Below are positions 8,873 through 18,341 of a stretch of 64,000 nt of DNA, piece by piece. This stretch comes from an uncultured bacterium (lineage in GTDB: Bacteria > Eisenbacteria > RBG-16-71-46 > CAIMUX01 > WJJG01). Position numbers and translations under genes: made by a program. Numbering within the stretch: position 1 is the stretch's first letter; each line of letters starts with the position of its first letter. The notes beneath the pieces are model-generated. The model saw only the letters and a list, made by a program, of their open reading frames with translations. It had not been told where the DNA came from and made no database searches. Location of the stretch: NCBI GenBank assembly GCA_964417675.1, contig CAYQJL010000018.1:16760-80759 (forward strand). Direction: 5' to 3'.

Positions 8873-10879
8873 TCAGGCGGATTGCCCGCGGGAGGAGAGG
8901 ACCGTAGCGATCAGATCCAGAATGCGGCGGCTGGCATCGCCGGGGCGTGCGCCATAGGTCCGCTCGATGAACTCCTCCCGGGCCGCCGGGCTGACCGTTG
9001 CGAATGTGTCGGTTTCCAGGAGGGTGCGCAGCAGGCGGTCCATAGAGGGACCATCCTGAATCGTGGGCAGTTCCTCAGGTATGGGAACGCTTCCGGACGC
9101 GGCCCCGCGGGGCCGGCGAATCCAGGCCGAGGGCACGCCGTGTAGCAACGCTTCGGCAACCTGCTCCGAGTCCGAGGTCATGACCAGATCCACCGCCGCC
9201 ATGCTCTCGGACAGGGCATCCTGCTGGATCAGGTGAATCCAGCGAAGACCGTTGGCGGCGGCCATCTGGCGTGCCGCCACCATCTCCCCGCGCAGCAGGC
9301 CCGGCAGACCGAGCACGAGGAAGATCCCGCGCCCACCCCTGCCGCTTGAGGCGAGCCAGGCCAGGACCTCCGGCAATTCCTGGCTCTGGCAGCCCAGATA
9401 GATCACCTTCTGATCCTCGTCCACGCCCCAGAGCCGCCGCAGGCGCTGGCGCTCACCGTCATCCCGGGAACCGGCCTCGGGCGCGCCCTCCAGTCGCGGG
9501 TCGCCGGTGACCACGACCTGCGCCGGCTCGAATGCTCCGCGCTCGACCAGCCGGCGTTTGGTCTCCGGGGTGTACACGCACAGGCTGTCGGGCAGGCAGA
9601 TGGCATGCGACCGGTCCGGCGGCGCAGACAGATAGGCATCGTCCCAGCGCTGCAGAGGCTGAGTCTGGAGAGCCACGGTGGGGATGTTCATCCGCCGCGC
9701 GGCCACCAACAGCGGCAGATTGGCATCCTGCTCGTGTGTGAGCAGGATGACATCCGGACGAATCCCCCGCAGAAAATGGGATTCCCGCCGCGTATCCCGC
9801 ACGAATTTCGGGAGCGCGCTGCGGGTGGCCTTGTCCAGCCAGTGCAACAGCAGCGCGGACATGTCCAGATCGTTGAACCGCAGCGACTCGACAAAGCCCT
9901 CCCGCTGCTTCAGGCGGTTCCATGTCCGCAGGATGCTGCGGGTCTCGCGGAACCCGCGACTGGTCTGCGCCAGCAGAAACAGGAAGTGCCTCAGATGAAC
10001 GGGCGCCAGAATTCCCGAGGTCATGGCCCCCACGTCCGGGTGATAGCTGTCGGAACGATAGTAGGGACGCAGCGGCTGGCGGCGCGCCGCGCGCCAGACC
10101 GATTCGAGATGGACATCCGTGCGGCCCCAGCGCCCGCCCGGGGCCAGGCGACGGCGCCAGCAGTTCGTATGCGAGACCAGCAGGACCTTCGGCTTGCGCA
10201 CAAAAATGTCGTCGAAGAGAAACTGGACGCCATGCCAGGCATCCTGCAGAAGGAAGAAGAGTTTGCGCATCCGGCGCTCGGCCATGGTCTCCTCGGGCAC
10301 GGGGGCGGGCGGCTCGACATACGCCAGGACAACCCGCAGGCGCAGGCCGAACTGGCGGGCCAGCTCGCGCAGCAGCATGCGCTGATCATCCGAAAGGCCC
10401 ACTGCCAACACGACCCTGTCGCGCTCCGCGAACATCCGCGCCATCGCCGTGCGCTGTGCGCCGATCTCGCACACCCAGCGGATGAGTCGGTCGCGAAGAA
10501 AGGCCCAGAAGCTGACATCTCCGGCGGAGAAGACCGTCCCGAAGTCCCAGCGTTGCGAGAGCTCATCGACCCAGGCGCGAGCCGCCTCGAGGGCGTCGTC
10601 GTCCGGTTCGGAGAACCGGCAATCCCCGCTGTGCCGGCAGAAGGCGCGCAGCCCGAAGAGCGGCGAGGGCACTTCCTGATAGCCGGCCGGCAGGCTGGCC
10701 ATCTCCCCGTCGGGCCAGAATGCGGGCAGCAACTGTCGCACCACGGAGGAGGACAGCAACGGATGCACCAGGAGCAGATCAGGATCAATCGAGGACGCTC
10801 GATCGCGATCATCCGCATAGTGGACATGATCGGGGAGCTGCCCGACCTCCTGGTGTGATGGATCTTTCGGTGTGTTCAT
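8873..10879 (-). CDS. polysaccharide biosynthesis protein, tentatively KpsC/LpsZ-like two-domain capsule-synthesis (beta-Kdo transferase) family
   Basis: 668 aa with a duplicated Rossmann-like architecture (VLLVSHTNCW..., DVILLTHEQDANLPLLVAARRMNIPTV..., LVMTSDSEQVAEALLHGVP). Size and locus context (GT2, GT4, OPX, Wzx) fit. Family assignment is unverified. Confidence 0.5.
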   Translation of the reverse strand: MNTPKDPSHQEVGQLPDHVHYADDRDRASSIDPDLLLVHPLLSSSVVRQLLPAFWPDGEMASLPAGYQEVPSPLFGLRAFCRHSGDCRFSEPDDDALEAARAWVDELSQRWDFGTVFSAGDVSFWAFLRDRLIRWVCEIGAQRTAMARMFAERDRVVLAVGLSDDQRMLLRELARQFGLRLRVVLAYVEPPAPVPEETMAERRMRKLFFLLQDAWHGVQFLFDDIFVRKPKVLLVSHTNCWRRRLAPGGRWGRTDVHLESVWRAARRQPLRPYYRSDSYHPDVGAMTSGILAPVHLRHFLFLLAQTSRGFRETRSILRTWNRLKQREGFVESLRFNDLDMSALLLHWLDKATRSALPKFVRDTRRESHFLRGIRPDVILLTHEQDANLPLLVAARRMNIPTVALQTQPLQRWDDAYLSAPPDRSHAICLPDSLCVYTPETKRRLVERGAFEPAQVVVTGDPRLEGAPEAGSRDDGERQRLRRLWGVDEDQKVIYLGCQSQELPEVLAWLASSGRGGRGIFLVLGLPGLLRGEMVAARQMAAANGLRWIHLIQQDALSESMAAVDLVMTSDSEQVAEALLHGVPSAWIRRPRGAASGSVPIPEELPTIQDGPSMDRLLRTLLETDTFATVSPAAREEFIERTYGARPGDASRRILDLIATVLSSRGQSA

Positions 10880-10916
10880 CCGCGCTCCCGATTCGCGGTC
10901 TGCGAGCCGACCCGAT

Positions 10917-11852
10917 TCAAGCGTCCCGGCCGAAGCGGCGCAGGCGACGCCTCTGCTGGCGACGCAGGAACTCCATTTCCTCCTGCTTCAGGAACCGGGC
11001 CTCCCTCTGGATCGCCGACCAGAGGAAACCGCACAGCATGGCAACCCCGCCCAGCAGGAACGGCGATTCGCGCAGCCCCGCCCGGACGGCCCGTCCCAGA
11101 AGGAACCACGGATCATACCCCAAACGCCAGGCGGTGTGTCCCAATCGCACGCGGCCCCGCAGGCGCCCACCCACCGAGGCGGTCGGCCGGCGGTGCCAAA
11201 CGCGTAGATCCGGGAAGCTGCGCGTGCTCCATCCGGCCATCTGCGCCCGAACCAGATCCAACGTGTCCCATCCCAGGCCGGCCTCGAGGCCGCCGATCGC
11301 CTCGAATGCCTCCCGGCGATAGGTTTTCAAGGCCCCGCGCACATGCCTGGCGGGCACACGCTCGAGCTGCTCCTTGGCTCCCCGGCGAAGATAGCAGGCC
11401 CCACCGGCGATGCCCAGCCGCGGATCATCGAGAAAACGCGCTGTCAGGCGGGCCAGGTAGTCCGGGGGCAGGACCAGATCCCCATCCATCTTGGTCACGA
11501 AATCGAACTGCGCGGGATCCACCTCCTGCAAACCCCGCCGAAACAGCTCGACGACGCGGCCGCCCAAGGCACGGCCGCCGGCCAGCCTGGCGCGGACCAG
11601 CTGCATGTGAGGTGCCCGACTCAGGTAGCGCTCCACGATCGCGACGGTGTCGTCGTCGGAACCGTCATCCACCAGGATCCACCGGACCGGCGGCAGGGTT
11701 TGCTTCAACATCGATTCGATCATGTCGCCGATGAACGCCGCCTCATTCTTGACCGGCGTCACGATCAGGTGCCGGCAACCCGGCCCGGGTCCCTCCGAAC
11801 GTTTCCGGCCGAGGTCCGCGACCCGGCGCTCTTTCTCTGGCCGCACTGACAT
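10917..11852 (-). CDS. family 2 glycosyltransferase
   Basis: GT2 signatures HLIVTPVKNEA, ILVDDGSDDDT, KMDGDL. Start ATG overlaps the stop of the upstream GT4 (translational coupling). Confidence 0.85.
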   Translation of the reverse strand: MSVRPEKERRVADLGRKRSEGPGPGCRHLIVTPVKNEAAFIGDMIESMLKQTLPPVRWILVDDGSDDDTVAIVERYLSRAPHMQLVRARLAGGRALGGRVVELFRRGLQEVDPAQFDFVTKMDGDLVLPPDYLARLTARFLDDPRLGIAGGACYLRRGAKEQLERVPARHVRGALKTYRREAFEAIGGLEAGLGWDTLDLVRAQMAGWSTRSFPDLRVWHRRPTASVGGRLRGRVRLGHTAWRLGYDPWFLLGRAVRAGLRESPFLLGGVAMLCGFLWSAIQREARFLKQEEMEFLRRQQRRRLRRFGRDA

Positions 11853-12877
11853 CACAGGCTCCCGCACCCCCCGCGGCCGGTGCGCGCCACCAGGTCGAGC
11901 CAGGCACGCTCGAATCGCTCGGGAGTGAACTGGGCGGCGAACCTGCGGCCCCGCGCGCCGACCTCCCGTGCCCAGGCCGGATCGCTGCGCAGTCGCCGCA
12001 GGATCGAGCGAATCTCCTCCGGGTCCTCGCTGGCGAACTGCCCGCCGCCCTCGAGGAGTTCCCGCATGCCGCCGCGCCCGGATCCGATCACCGGCGTCGC
12101 GCACATCATCGCCTCATGCGCGGAGATACACCATCCCTCATCGAACTGCGACAACAAGAGCGCGGCCTCGGCATGGTGCAGCAGCTTCAGGTAGTCCGGG
12201 TAGCTTCCCTCCACATTCGGACAGGGCAGCTCGATGCGCGGGCGCCCGCTGGTCACGGGTTGGAAATCCTCTCCGCGCAGGATCGCCAGGGCCCGCTCCG
12301 AGCCTTTGCCGCGGCCCCGGTTTCCGACGTACACGAGACGGCCCGGCGGCAAACCCAGACGCCGCCGAAACTCGGCGTCATCTTCGGTGGTCACACAGCC
12401 GAAATCCTGCGGGTCGATCGCGTTGTGGATGACGTGGACAGCTCTGCGGCCGCCGGCAAGAAGCCGCGCTTGCCAGTATCGACTGACGGTGACGATCGCG
12501 TCGATCTCGCGGAGGCGGTGGAGCGCCACGCGGTCGGCGATCTCATTGTAAAGGCGGTTCGGCTGCACCCGGGCGTCATGGTGATGCAGGAGAACGATCT
12601 GCGGCCCTTCGGTCTGCAGCGGCCCGAGAAAGGCCATTTCCCGAAAATCCCGAATCCACAGGTCCTTCTGTCCGTGGATGCGTTGAAGACGGCGGGCAAA
12701 GGCCACTCGCTCCACCACCTTCTCCAGCATTCCGGGCGGGCGTCGATCCTCAATCGCGAACAGCTCGACTTCATGACGGCGGCACAGGCAGTCGTAGAGA
12801 CGCCTGCGATAGGCCAATCCACCTCCAATGCCGGAGGGGGAAAGCAGATCATGCCTTGTGATGAAGCCGATTCGCAT
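11852..12877 (-). CDS. family 4 (GT-B) glycosyltransferase
   Basis: N-terminal MRIGFITRHDLLSPSGIGG. EX7E-type C-terminal region (CISAHEAMMCATPVIGSGRGGMRELLEGG). Confidence 0.85.
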   Translation of the reverse strand: MRIGFITRHDLLSPSGIGGGLAYRRRLYDCLCRRHEVELFAIEDRRPPGMLEKVVERVAFARRLQRIHGQKDLWIRDFREMAFLGPLQTEGPQIVLLHHHDARVQPNRLYNEIADRVALHRLREIDAIVTVSRYWQARLLAGGRRAVHVIHNAIDPQDFGCVTTEDDAEFRRRLGLPPGRLVYVGNRGRGKGSERALAILRGEDFQPVTSGRPRIELPCPNVEGSYPDYLKLLHHAEAALLLSQFDEGWCISAHEAMMCATPVIGSGRGGMRELLEGGGQFASEDPEEIRSILRRLRSDPAWAREVGARGRRFAAQFTPERFERAWLDLVARTGRGGCGSL

Positions 12878-13002
12878 CGGGAGCCGACTATCCGCTTGGC
12901 GACGGTGGACTGTCAAGCCCCGCCGGTGGTTTTGGATTTTCAATTGGGATGGCACGCGCTAGACTGGCGCGCGAACCATCATGATCATGGGCACTGGATC
13001 CC

Positions 13003-15093
13003 GTGTCCCCGGCCAACAGGAGGGCCTTCGTGTCGATCAAGTTCACTCTCGCCGCCTGGATCTGCGGATGGATCGTCCTGTCCGTGATGCTACCGTCTCT
13101 GGCCCACGCGCAGTACAACACCCAACTCGATCCGGAGGCCCCGGATGAGGAGTATTTCACAGCCGCGGAAACCCTCGATATCCTGGTGCTCAATGGCATC
13201 GACGAACGGATCGGCGCGCAGTACCTGGAACGTTTCGAGAAGGGACGCACCTTCAGTGAGGCTGAAGTGGACGTGATGGTGCGCGTGATGGCTCCCGGTG
13301 TTCCGGAGAAGGAGGAACCGGAAAAGGAGACCACGGACGGCGATCCTCGAGAAGCCGTCCTCCTGTTTCCGGAAATCATCTACCCCACCGATCTTGCCAA
13401 GCGGATCATCAAGCCCTTCGGCTACGACTTCTTCCGCAAACTGCCGCTCCCCGGGTTGCCGGTCGAGGACATCACGGTGGGTCCCGAGTACGTCGTGGGG
13501 ATCGGAGATGAGATCCTGATCACCTTGTGGGGCGATGTCGATCGACGCTACACGCGGGTCATTGACCGGCAGGGGCGCCTGGTCCTGCCCGACATTGGCG
13601 TCATCACGGCCGCCGGCAAGAATCTCGGCGAGCTACGCCAGGAACTCGAGGGCGCCTTCGGCCAGATCTACCGGGGATCCCGGATGACCGTCTCGCTGGG
13701 GGACGTGCGCACGATCCAGGTCTATGTCTCGGGTGATGTCCACCGTCCGGGCGCTTACCGCATGAGTGCGCTTTCGACCGTGCTTACCGCCCTCTATCAC
13801 GCCGGCGGGCCCACCGTTTCCGGTTCGCTGCGTAGCATCCACGTGTCCCGTCGCGGACGCGAGATGCAGGAGATCGATCTCTACTCCTTCCTGCTTTCCG
13901 GAGACCGGGACGTGGACATCCCCCTGCAGAGCGGCGATGTCGTGCATGTCAACTCCCTGGGCCCCACCGTCCAGGTCACGGGGGAGGTGCGACGGCAGGC
14001 GATCTATGAGATTCAGAGCGGTGAAACCGTGCGGGACCTGATCCACCTCGCCGGCGGACTCACCGAACTCGCGCTCGATCACAAGATCTCGGTCGACCGC
14101 GTCACCGAGACCCGCGGCGATCAAGTCTATCGCATCAACTGGAAAGATCCGGCCCAGGACCTCACCCTGCGGGGAGGTGACGAGGTCACCATCTACTCGG
14201 TCTATCAGGCCCATCCGAAGGAGTTCGTGGAGATCTACGGCCGGGTCCACGAACCGGGCGTCTACCGCCTGGTCCCCGGCATGCTCGTATCGGATCTTCT
14301 GTTCCGGGCCGGAGGGTTGCAGGAGGGCGCCTACCGGGACCGGGCCGAAGTCAGCCGCCTGATCGAGGGCGTGGGCGACTCCCTCACCCGTACCGAATTG
14401 CATACGATCCCCCTGCAGGCAATCCTGGTTGACCCCGACCATCCCGACAACCTGCTCCTCCAGAAGGGCGACAAGCTCTTCGTGCGCACGATGCCCGGTT
14501 GGCAGCCCTCGCCGGTCGTCTCGGTCGAGGGCGAGGTGCGCTTCCCCGGCAAGTATGGGCTCAAGGGGCTGTCCGAGCGCATCGGCACCCTGATGGGCCG
14601 GGCCGGCGGCCCCACCGAGGACGCCTTCCTCAAGGGTGCCCAGCTCCACCGCCTAAACGAGGGTCGCATCATCATCGACTTCAGCAAGGCGCTCAAGACG
14701 CCCACCAGCCCCGACAACATCGAGATCGCCCACGGGGATTCGATTCATGTGCCTCGTCTGCCCGAGACGATCCGGGTCTCGGGGGCGGTCGCCAATCCCG
14801 GACAGCTCCTCTATGTGCCGGGCAAGAAATCCAGCTACTACGTCGCGAACACGGGGGGCTACACCGAGAACGCCAATCGGGGGGGGGTCAAGATCCAGCG
14901 GGTCACCGGCGAGGTGATCTCCGCCAAGCGCCGGCTCTGGCCCGATCCGCAGGTCCAGCGCGGGGACCAGATCGTCGTGCTTGCTCAGGAAGAGAAGCGC
15001 CCGGTCGACTGGGGCCGGCGCCTGCGTGATGCAACGACGATCGTGGCCAGCCTGGCGACGACCGTCTACATCATCTCCAATATCGACAACTAG
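13003..15093 (+). CDS. outer-membrane polysaccharide export (OPX) protein, Wza/KpsD family with multiple SLBB domains
   Basis: Signal peptide. Poly_export motif PEYVVGIGDEILITLWGD. Four to five SLBB repeats (GEVRRQAIYEIQSG..., GRVHEPGVYRLVPG..., GEVRFPGKYGL..., GAVANPGQLLYVPG...). Confidence 0.85.
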   Translation: MSPANRRAFVSIKFTLAAWICGWIVLSVMLPSLAHAQYNTQLDPEAPDEEYFTAAETLDILVLNGIDERIGAQYLERFEKGRTFSEAEVDVMVRVMAPGVPEKEEPEKETTDGDPREAVLLFPEIIYPTDLAKRIIKPFGYDFFRKLPLPGLPVEDITVGPEYVVGIGDEILITLWGDVDRRYTRVIDRQGRLVLPDIGVITAAGKNLGELRQELEGAFGQIYRGSRMTVSLGDVRTIQVYVSGDVHRPGAYRMSALSTVLTALYHAGGPTVSGSLRSIHVSRRGREMQEIDLYSFLLSGDRDVDIPLQSGDVVHVNSLGPTVQVTGEVRRQAIYEIQSGETVRDLIHLAGGLTELALDHKISVDRVTETRGDQVYRINWKDPAQDLTLRGGDEVTIYSVYQAHPKEFVEIYGRVHEPGVYRLVPGMLVSDLLFRAGGLQEGAYRDRAEVSRLIEGVGDSLTRTELHTIPLQAILVDPDHPDNLLLQKGDKLFVRTMPGWQPSPVVSVEGEVRFPGKYGLKGLSERIGTLMGRAGGPTEDAFLKGAQLHRLNEGRIIIDFSKALKTPTSPDNIEIAHGDSIHVPRLPETIRVSGAVANPGQLLYVPGKKSSYYVANTGGYTENANRGGVKIQRVTGEVISAKRRLWPDPQVQRGDQIVVLAQEEKRPVDWGRRLRDATTIVASLATTVYIISNIDN

Positions 15094-15140
15094 ACGCGGC
15101 ACGACGCAGAGCAAGGCCGCCCCGCGGTGCACCTGCGGCG

Positions 15141-16631
15141 GTGGCGCCCAGGGCATGCATGACCAAGCTGACAACCCAAGCCGGCAGGGTGTCCCTCGGC
15201 CGCGGCGTCGCGGCGATGGCCGGGCTGGCCACGGCCATGATCCTGTCGCGGATGCTGGATGAGCACGCCTACGGCACCTACCGGCAAGTCTGGCTGGTCT
15301 TCTTCACCCTGGCCCCGATCCTGGAGCTGGGCATCCCTCCCAGCGTCTCCTTTTTCCTTCCACAGCTGACCCGGCCCGACCTGAAACCGTACCTGGTGCA
15401 ACACAGCACGCTGCTCCTGCTCTCGGGCGCCGTCATGGGGCTCGGGTGCATCGGTCTGGGCGATGAGGTGGGAGCCCTTTTCGGAAACCCGGACCTGGGC
15501 CGGCAACTGCGGCTCTTCGCCCTCTTCCCCGCCCTGACCCTTCCATTCCATATGACCGAGAACACCTTGGTCGCGCTGGGCCATGGCGGCAAGGCCGGCT
15601 GGGTGTCGGCCGGCAGCGCCCTGCTGCAGATGGGCGTCATCCTGGGAGCGCTTCAGTGGGGCGGTTCGCTGGAGAGCCTGTTCTGGGCGCTGTCGATCTG
15701 GGCGTTGGTGCGCTGGATCGCGTCCGCCGCATCGCTCTACACCCTGACCCGCCGGCTCCCCTTCCGATGGAACCTGGCCATGCTGCGATCGCAGGTCTTC
15801 TTCGCCATGCCGATGGCCGTGGCCACGATGGCCGGCGTGGTGGGACGTCATCTCGACAAGGTGGTGATCTCATCCTTCTTCACACCCGAGCAATACGCCA
15901 TCTATGCCAATGGATCCTATGACATCCCGCTGATCAACATCCTCACGATGTCGGTCACGGCGGTTCTGGTGCCGTCGATCGTGCGGGCCCGCATGGGCGA
16001 GAACCGGGCGGAGGTCAAGCGCCTGTGGCACGGCAGCGCCCGGCGCCTGGCCTGGGCGCTCTTTCCGGCCAGCGTGCTGCTCTTCCTGCTCGCCGAGCCG
16101 TTCATGATTCTGCTCTTCTCGTCCAAGTACGCCGCCAGCGCGGGACCGTTCCGGGTTCTGGTGCTGATCCTGCCGATCCGTATCGCCATGCACAGCGCCT
16201 TCCTGCGCGCCCTGGGCTCGACCCAACCGATCCTGCGCGCCTCGCTGCTGGCGCTCGCATCCAGCCTGATCCTGGCGTTGATTCTTGTTCGGGTCCCGGC
16301 ACTGGGTCTGCTGGGTCCGGCGATTGCCGCGGTGGTGGGCTCGTATCTGGCGGTCGTCTACACCATCCATGTCGTGGTCCGGATCCTGGGCTGGCGCTGG
16401 CGGGATTACTTCCCCTGGCGCGCGTTGGGCGCCATGATGCTCGTGGCTCTCGCGGCGGCTCTCCCGGCTCTGGCAAGCGCCGGCTGGATGTCGAGCCATT
16501 CGGTCTGGCTGCGCCTCCTGGTCCCTGGCACGACCTACGGCGCCGCCTATCTTCTCCTGGGTTGGCTCACCGGCGCCGCTCATCCGCGCGAATGGCTCCA
16601 GGCCCTCAACGATCTGCTCCGCAGACGCTAG
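15141..16631 (+). CDS. wzx: polysaccharide flippase, Wzx/PST (MOP superfamily)
   Basis: About 12-14 TM helices and the PST-family layout. Immediately downstream of the OPX gene. Confidence 0.8.
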   Translation: MAPRACMTKLTTQAGRVSLGRGVAAMAGLATAMILSRMLDEHAYGTYRQVWLVFFTLAPILELGIPPSVSFFLPQLTRPDLKPYLVQHSTLLLLSGAVMGLGCIGLGDEVGALFGNPDLGRQLRLFALFPALTLPFHMTENTLVALGHGGKAGWVSAGSALLQMGVILGALQWGGSLESLFWALSIWALVRWIASAASLYTLTRRLPFRWNLAMLRSQVFFAMPMAVATMAGVVGRHLDKVVISSFFTPEQYAIYANGSYDIPLINILTMSVTAVLVPSIVRARMGENRAEVKRLWHGSARRLAWALFPASVLLFLLAEPFMILLFSSKYAASAGPFRVLVLILPIRIAMHSAFLRALGSTQPILRASLLALASSLILALILVRVPALGLLGPAIAAVVGSYLAVVYTIHVVVRILGWRWRDYFPWRALGAMMLVALAAALPALASAGWMSSHSVWLRLLVPGTTYGAAYLLLGWLTGAAHPREWLQALNDLLRRR

Positions 16632-16822
16632 CACCCCGGCCGGTGCTCCCCCCAGGCGACGCTCCCCCCAGGCGACGCTTCCCCCAGGCGACGCTTCCCC
16701 CGGGCGACGCTAGCACCCCGGGCGACGCTAGCACCCCGGCCGGTGCTCCCCCCGGGCGGCGCTTGCCCCGGGCGACGCTAGCACCCCAGGCGGCGCTTCC
16801 CCCGGGCGTTCGGGCGGCAGGG
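16632..16822. repeat. intergenic degenerate tandem repeat array (about 9-10 copies of a 16-17-bp GGCGACGCTTCCCCCA unit) between convergent wzx and lepB
   Basis: Direct repeats ggcgacgct(t/a)(c/g)cccc(a/g) and gacgctagcacccc. No unique spacers. Confidence 0.85.
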
Positions 16823-17521
16823 CTAGTGCGAGTAGGACGTCAGCAGCTTCCCAATGCGCTCAATCCGCGGCGCTTGCAGCTTCCCCCACTCCCCGCTGAA
16901 GAACGCCTTCCAATCCCAGTGCCAGGAGAAGTAGAGAATGTCCGCCTTGGCAATCACCAGCGGCAAGGCCACCGGGCCGAACATGCGGCTGTCCCGGCTG
17001 TTGTCGCGATTGTCGCCCATGCACCAGATCGTCCCGGGCGGAACCAGATAGGGGCCGAAGTTGTCATGGGGAACCACACGCACGTGCTTGGTATACGGCT
17101 CGTCAAGCGCGTCTCCGTCCACGAAGAGCTGCTCGTTGCGCATCTCCACGCGCTGGCCGCCGATGGCCACGCAGCGCTTGATCAACGTCTCGCCGGTTTC
17201 AGGACTCTTGAAGATGACGACATCTCCGGGCTTGGGATCCCGGAAGCCCGGCATCCGCTTGCCTTCCATCAGGGGGATCCGAGCGCCATAGGTGATCTTG
17301 TCGGCGAAGAGGAAATCACCCACCAGAAGCGTATCTTCCATCGATCCCGATGGGATGCGATAGCCTTGGACAACGAACGTCACCAAAGGAAGGAAAATGA
17401 TCAGGACCGTCACGATCGTCCGCAGCCAATCGACTCCCTCGTCGACCCACTCCTGCTTGCTCTGCGGGATCTGAAACACGGAGCGGGCCGCCTGTGGCGA
17501 ACCGCTGTCCTTCTTTGCCAT
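16823..17521 (-). CDS. lepB: signal peptidase I
   Basis: SPase I boxes are present: catalytic Ser in GSMEDTLLVGD, catalytic Lys in RCVAIGGQ/KRC, and GDNRDNSRDSR. Confidence 0.95.
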   Translation of the reverse strand: MAKKDSGSPQAARSVFQIPQSKQEWVDEGVDWLRTIVTVLIIFLPLVTFVVQGYRIPSGSMEDTLLVGDFLFADKITYGARIPLMEGKRMPGFRDPKPGDVVIFKSPETGETLIKRCVAIGGQRVEMRNEQLFVDGDALDEPYTKHVRVVPHDNFGPYLVPPGTIWCMGDNRDNSRDSRMFGPVALPLVIAKADILYFSWHWDWKAFFSGEWGKLQAPRIERIGKLLTSYSH

Positions 17522-17582
17522 GAAATTGCCTCCGCCCTCATCCTACGCGCGGCGGGCCTTCCGGTTCCGCCGGGCCGGACAC

Positions 17583-17616
17583 GAAATGGGCCCCGGAGGT
17601 CCCGCGGGGCCCTGCA
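17583..17616 (-). terminator. possible GC-rich hairpin terminator after the PhoU-like gene
   Basis: Hairpin gggccccg...cggggccc just downstream (on the minus strand) of the 17646 stop. No clear U-tract. Confidence 0.25.
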
Positions 17617-17645
17617 AGCACACCTGACCGGCTAGGGGATGGGGC

Positions 17646-18338
17646 TCAATCATCCGGGTCAGAATCGGCCGACCTGTCCAGCTTCTCCCTGAAGCCGATC
17701 CGATAGTAAGGGTTAACGACGCTGCTGGCTACATTCTTCAGATGGGCGCTGACACGTTTCAGGTAGCGCAGGTACAGGGCGGCGGTCACCGCCGCGCCGG
17801 AGTCGTCCTTGAGCGCCCGTCCGGTGATCAGTTCGTGCAGGCACTCATCGACCCGATCGACGATCGACTGGTGATCGCCCAGGATCCGGCGGGCGACATC
17901 ACTGTCCGAGGTCGAGATACAACCCGGCAAGGCGGCAAACATCTCGCGCACCGTGGACTCCGCAGCCGCGATCTCGCTCTCGATGTCGCCCATCCGGAAC
18001 GCCTGGGGATGGGCGGAGGCCAGCTCCAGAATGTTCTTGGTATAGTCGCCGATCCGCTCGATGTCGATCACGATGGCGGTCAGAACCAGGGCGGTGTTGA
18101 TGTCCGGGTTGTTCGACACGGCCAGGTGCGAGACGATGTTGCGGCGCACCCGGCGCTCGAACTTGTTGATCGCCCGGTCCCGATCGTAGATATCCGTCTT
18201 GAGCACCCCCTCTCGGTGCAGGGAGGCCACTGCATCAAGGAACATGGCCTCGCATTGCCTGAGCATCTCCAGGCACGCGTCGAAGGACTCCTGGCACAGG
18301 GAGTCGCGTCTCCATAACGACAGGAATTGCTTCAGCAT
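17646..18338 (-). CDS. PhoU-domain protein (Na/Pi cotransporter-associated regulator)
   Basis: Two PhoU-like helical repeats. Directly downstream of the NptA-family transporter. Confidence 0.8.
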   Translation of the reverse strand: MLKQFLSLWRRDSLCQESFDACLEMLRQCEAMFLDAVASLHREGVLKTDIYDRDRAINKFERRVRRNIVSHLAVSNNPDINTALVLTAIVIDIERIGDYTKNILELASAHPQAFRMGDIESEIAAAESTVREMFAALPGCISTSDSDVARRILGDHQSIVDRVDECLHELITGRALKDDSGAAVTAALYLRYLKRVSAHLKNVASSVVNPYYRIGFREKLDRSADSDPDD

Positions 18339-18341
18339 GGG

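Noticed and set aside
16632-16822. Possible CRISPR array (and the other tandem repeat arrays)
   Set aside because: Repeats are directly adjacent or degenerate with no unique spacers of regular length. Units are 12-48 bp. No cas genes in the window.
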